Shown in pieces: positions 62,553 to 64,000 of a stretch of DNA of 64,000 bases; the stretch's first letter is position 1; every line of letters starts with the position of its first letter. The notes under the pieces are model-generated. The model had not been told where the DNA came from, made no database searches, and saw only the letters and a program-made list of their open reading frames with translations. A program made the translations under genes and the position numbers. Origin of the DNA: Mobula hypostoma (Eukaryota); the NCBI RefSeq assembly GCF_963921235.1, contig NC_086108.1, forward strand, positions 94,242,001 through 94,306,000. The letters run 5' to 3'.

Positions 62553-64000
62553 AAGTTACGGTTAGACTCTCTCTTGTTGGAGATGCTCATTGACTAGAGC
62601 TTTGCTCTAATAGCATAAAATGAGGGCATTTAATAAGGGACATACTTCCAAAAACAGTCCTAAAAGCTCAAGATGATGTATTTACAATGCTGATTTTAAT
62701 TTCTACTCATCATCAGCTGCTTGTGCTTTCTGTGGTATTTTGGTATTGAAAGAAACTGTCTTTTTTCCTAAGAACAGAGTTTCAGTAGTCAAGCTTTGAG
62801 TGAAGAGGAGAATGAGTGTCAACAAGGGGGTGGAGTTTAGAACTTTAATGCACTAGAAAGTTGAGTTTCCTTGTGTGTAGAGGAGGGTCTTGCTTTTATG
62901 TGTGGCTGCTGCCTCATATTGTTGCATAGCAGAGACATCAAACATTAAATACGTGTACGGAATCTTTCACTTAATAAGAGTCCCAATTCTTATGCACGTG
63001 GGTTTCTGGAGTAACTTGATTACAAATAAATAAAGACTCTACCAGCCTGCAAGCTGAATTATGAAAAAAATACTCATATTGACAAGGAAATGTTTTCACT
63101 GAACATTTTTTGCAGCTTATTACTAATTTACTAATACCCAACATCTGAATGCCAAAAGATATCTACATTTAAAATAAAACAACAAATTTCCATGACATAT
63201 GCCAGTGATATTAAATCTGATTCTGAAAAAGACCAACCTTCTCAACATCTGCTTTTGTTGCATTGTGGTCAGAGTCCAGCTTCTCATAACTTATCTGTGC
63301 CTTTTCAGTCTCCTTGCATTCTCTCTCAAATTTCTTTTTGCTCTGAAAGGAAAAGAAAAGAACATTTGATGACTGTTCTTCCAATTCAAGCTTTCACATA
63401 TAAACAGCTGAAACCTAATGGAAGGAATTATTAGATCAGCACTTCAAAAGATTCAAAGTACATTTATTAATATATACAGAATACAACTGTGACATTTGTC
63501 CTCCTGCAGTCAGTCACGAAATAAAAAAACACCATTGAACCTGTTAAAGAAATCGTCAAACACTCAACATGCTAAAGAAAAACAAATTGTGCAAATTTGC
63601 AAAAAGGTAGCGAACACACAGAATATTAAATATCAAACCAAGATTCCAGTAGCATTCAGCTTAGTTCAGTTCAGCGCTGTGTCACTAGCCCATTGCAGGC
63701 TGCAGGGTATTTCTTCAACAAAGCGCCTCAGTCCGCATCAGTCACCCCGATCAAACCACTCAAAAAACAGCAAAACAAAGAGTAACCAGAATCCAGGAAC
63801 ACATTCCACGTGAACCTTAATATCCCAGAAAACCAGTCCACAGCCTTGCCAATCAACCTTTGCAATGTGGATTGCAAGACTCCTGCAAGTTTGTCTGACA
63901 AAAGTTAGTGAGATGAGAGGAGAACTGCTCAAACACAGGCAGATGGCACCAAAAACCCACCTATCCTCCGTTCTCATCCTTGTCAACTTCAGCCTTGCTC

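Overview
Vertebrate genomic DNA, most likely a cartilaginous fish such as a ray. This is inferred from the CR1, Penelope and V-SINE repeat complement and was not confirmed by a search. Two genes converge tail-to-tail. On the + strand are the last four coding exons and 3'UTR of BCAR3 (CDC25-like/NSP GEF-like domain, 1705-5200). On the - strand is the 3' part of FNBP1L/Toca-1 (F-BAR end, HR1 and SH3; exons from 60804 down to 26771/25957). FNBP1L includes a 159-nt linker exon and a 15-nt microexon that the ORF track misses, plus two alternative C-termini (GAVTYI vs GS). All exons were assigned from GT/AG boundaries and consistent reading phase. The rest is densely filled with mobile elements: CR1, Rex1/Babar, RTE and L1 LINEs, Penelope-like remnants with decayed hammerhead-ribozyme motifs, tRNA-derived SINEs, two Tc1 elements, hAT elements and MITEs with target-site duplications (TSDs), and two solo-LTR-like sequences. 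Several are nested. I found nothing I can support as a wholly new biological system. The best leads are the hammerhead-bearing Penelope-derived fold-back elements, a CpG-rich promoter/intron cassette at about 12.3-12.8 kb, a highly structured RTE-type non-autonomous element at 60.1-60.6 kb, and the FNBP1L splicing features. Repeat boundaries without a TSD are approximate, and family names come from recalled motifs rather than database hits.
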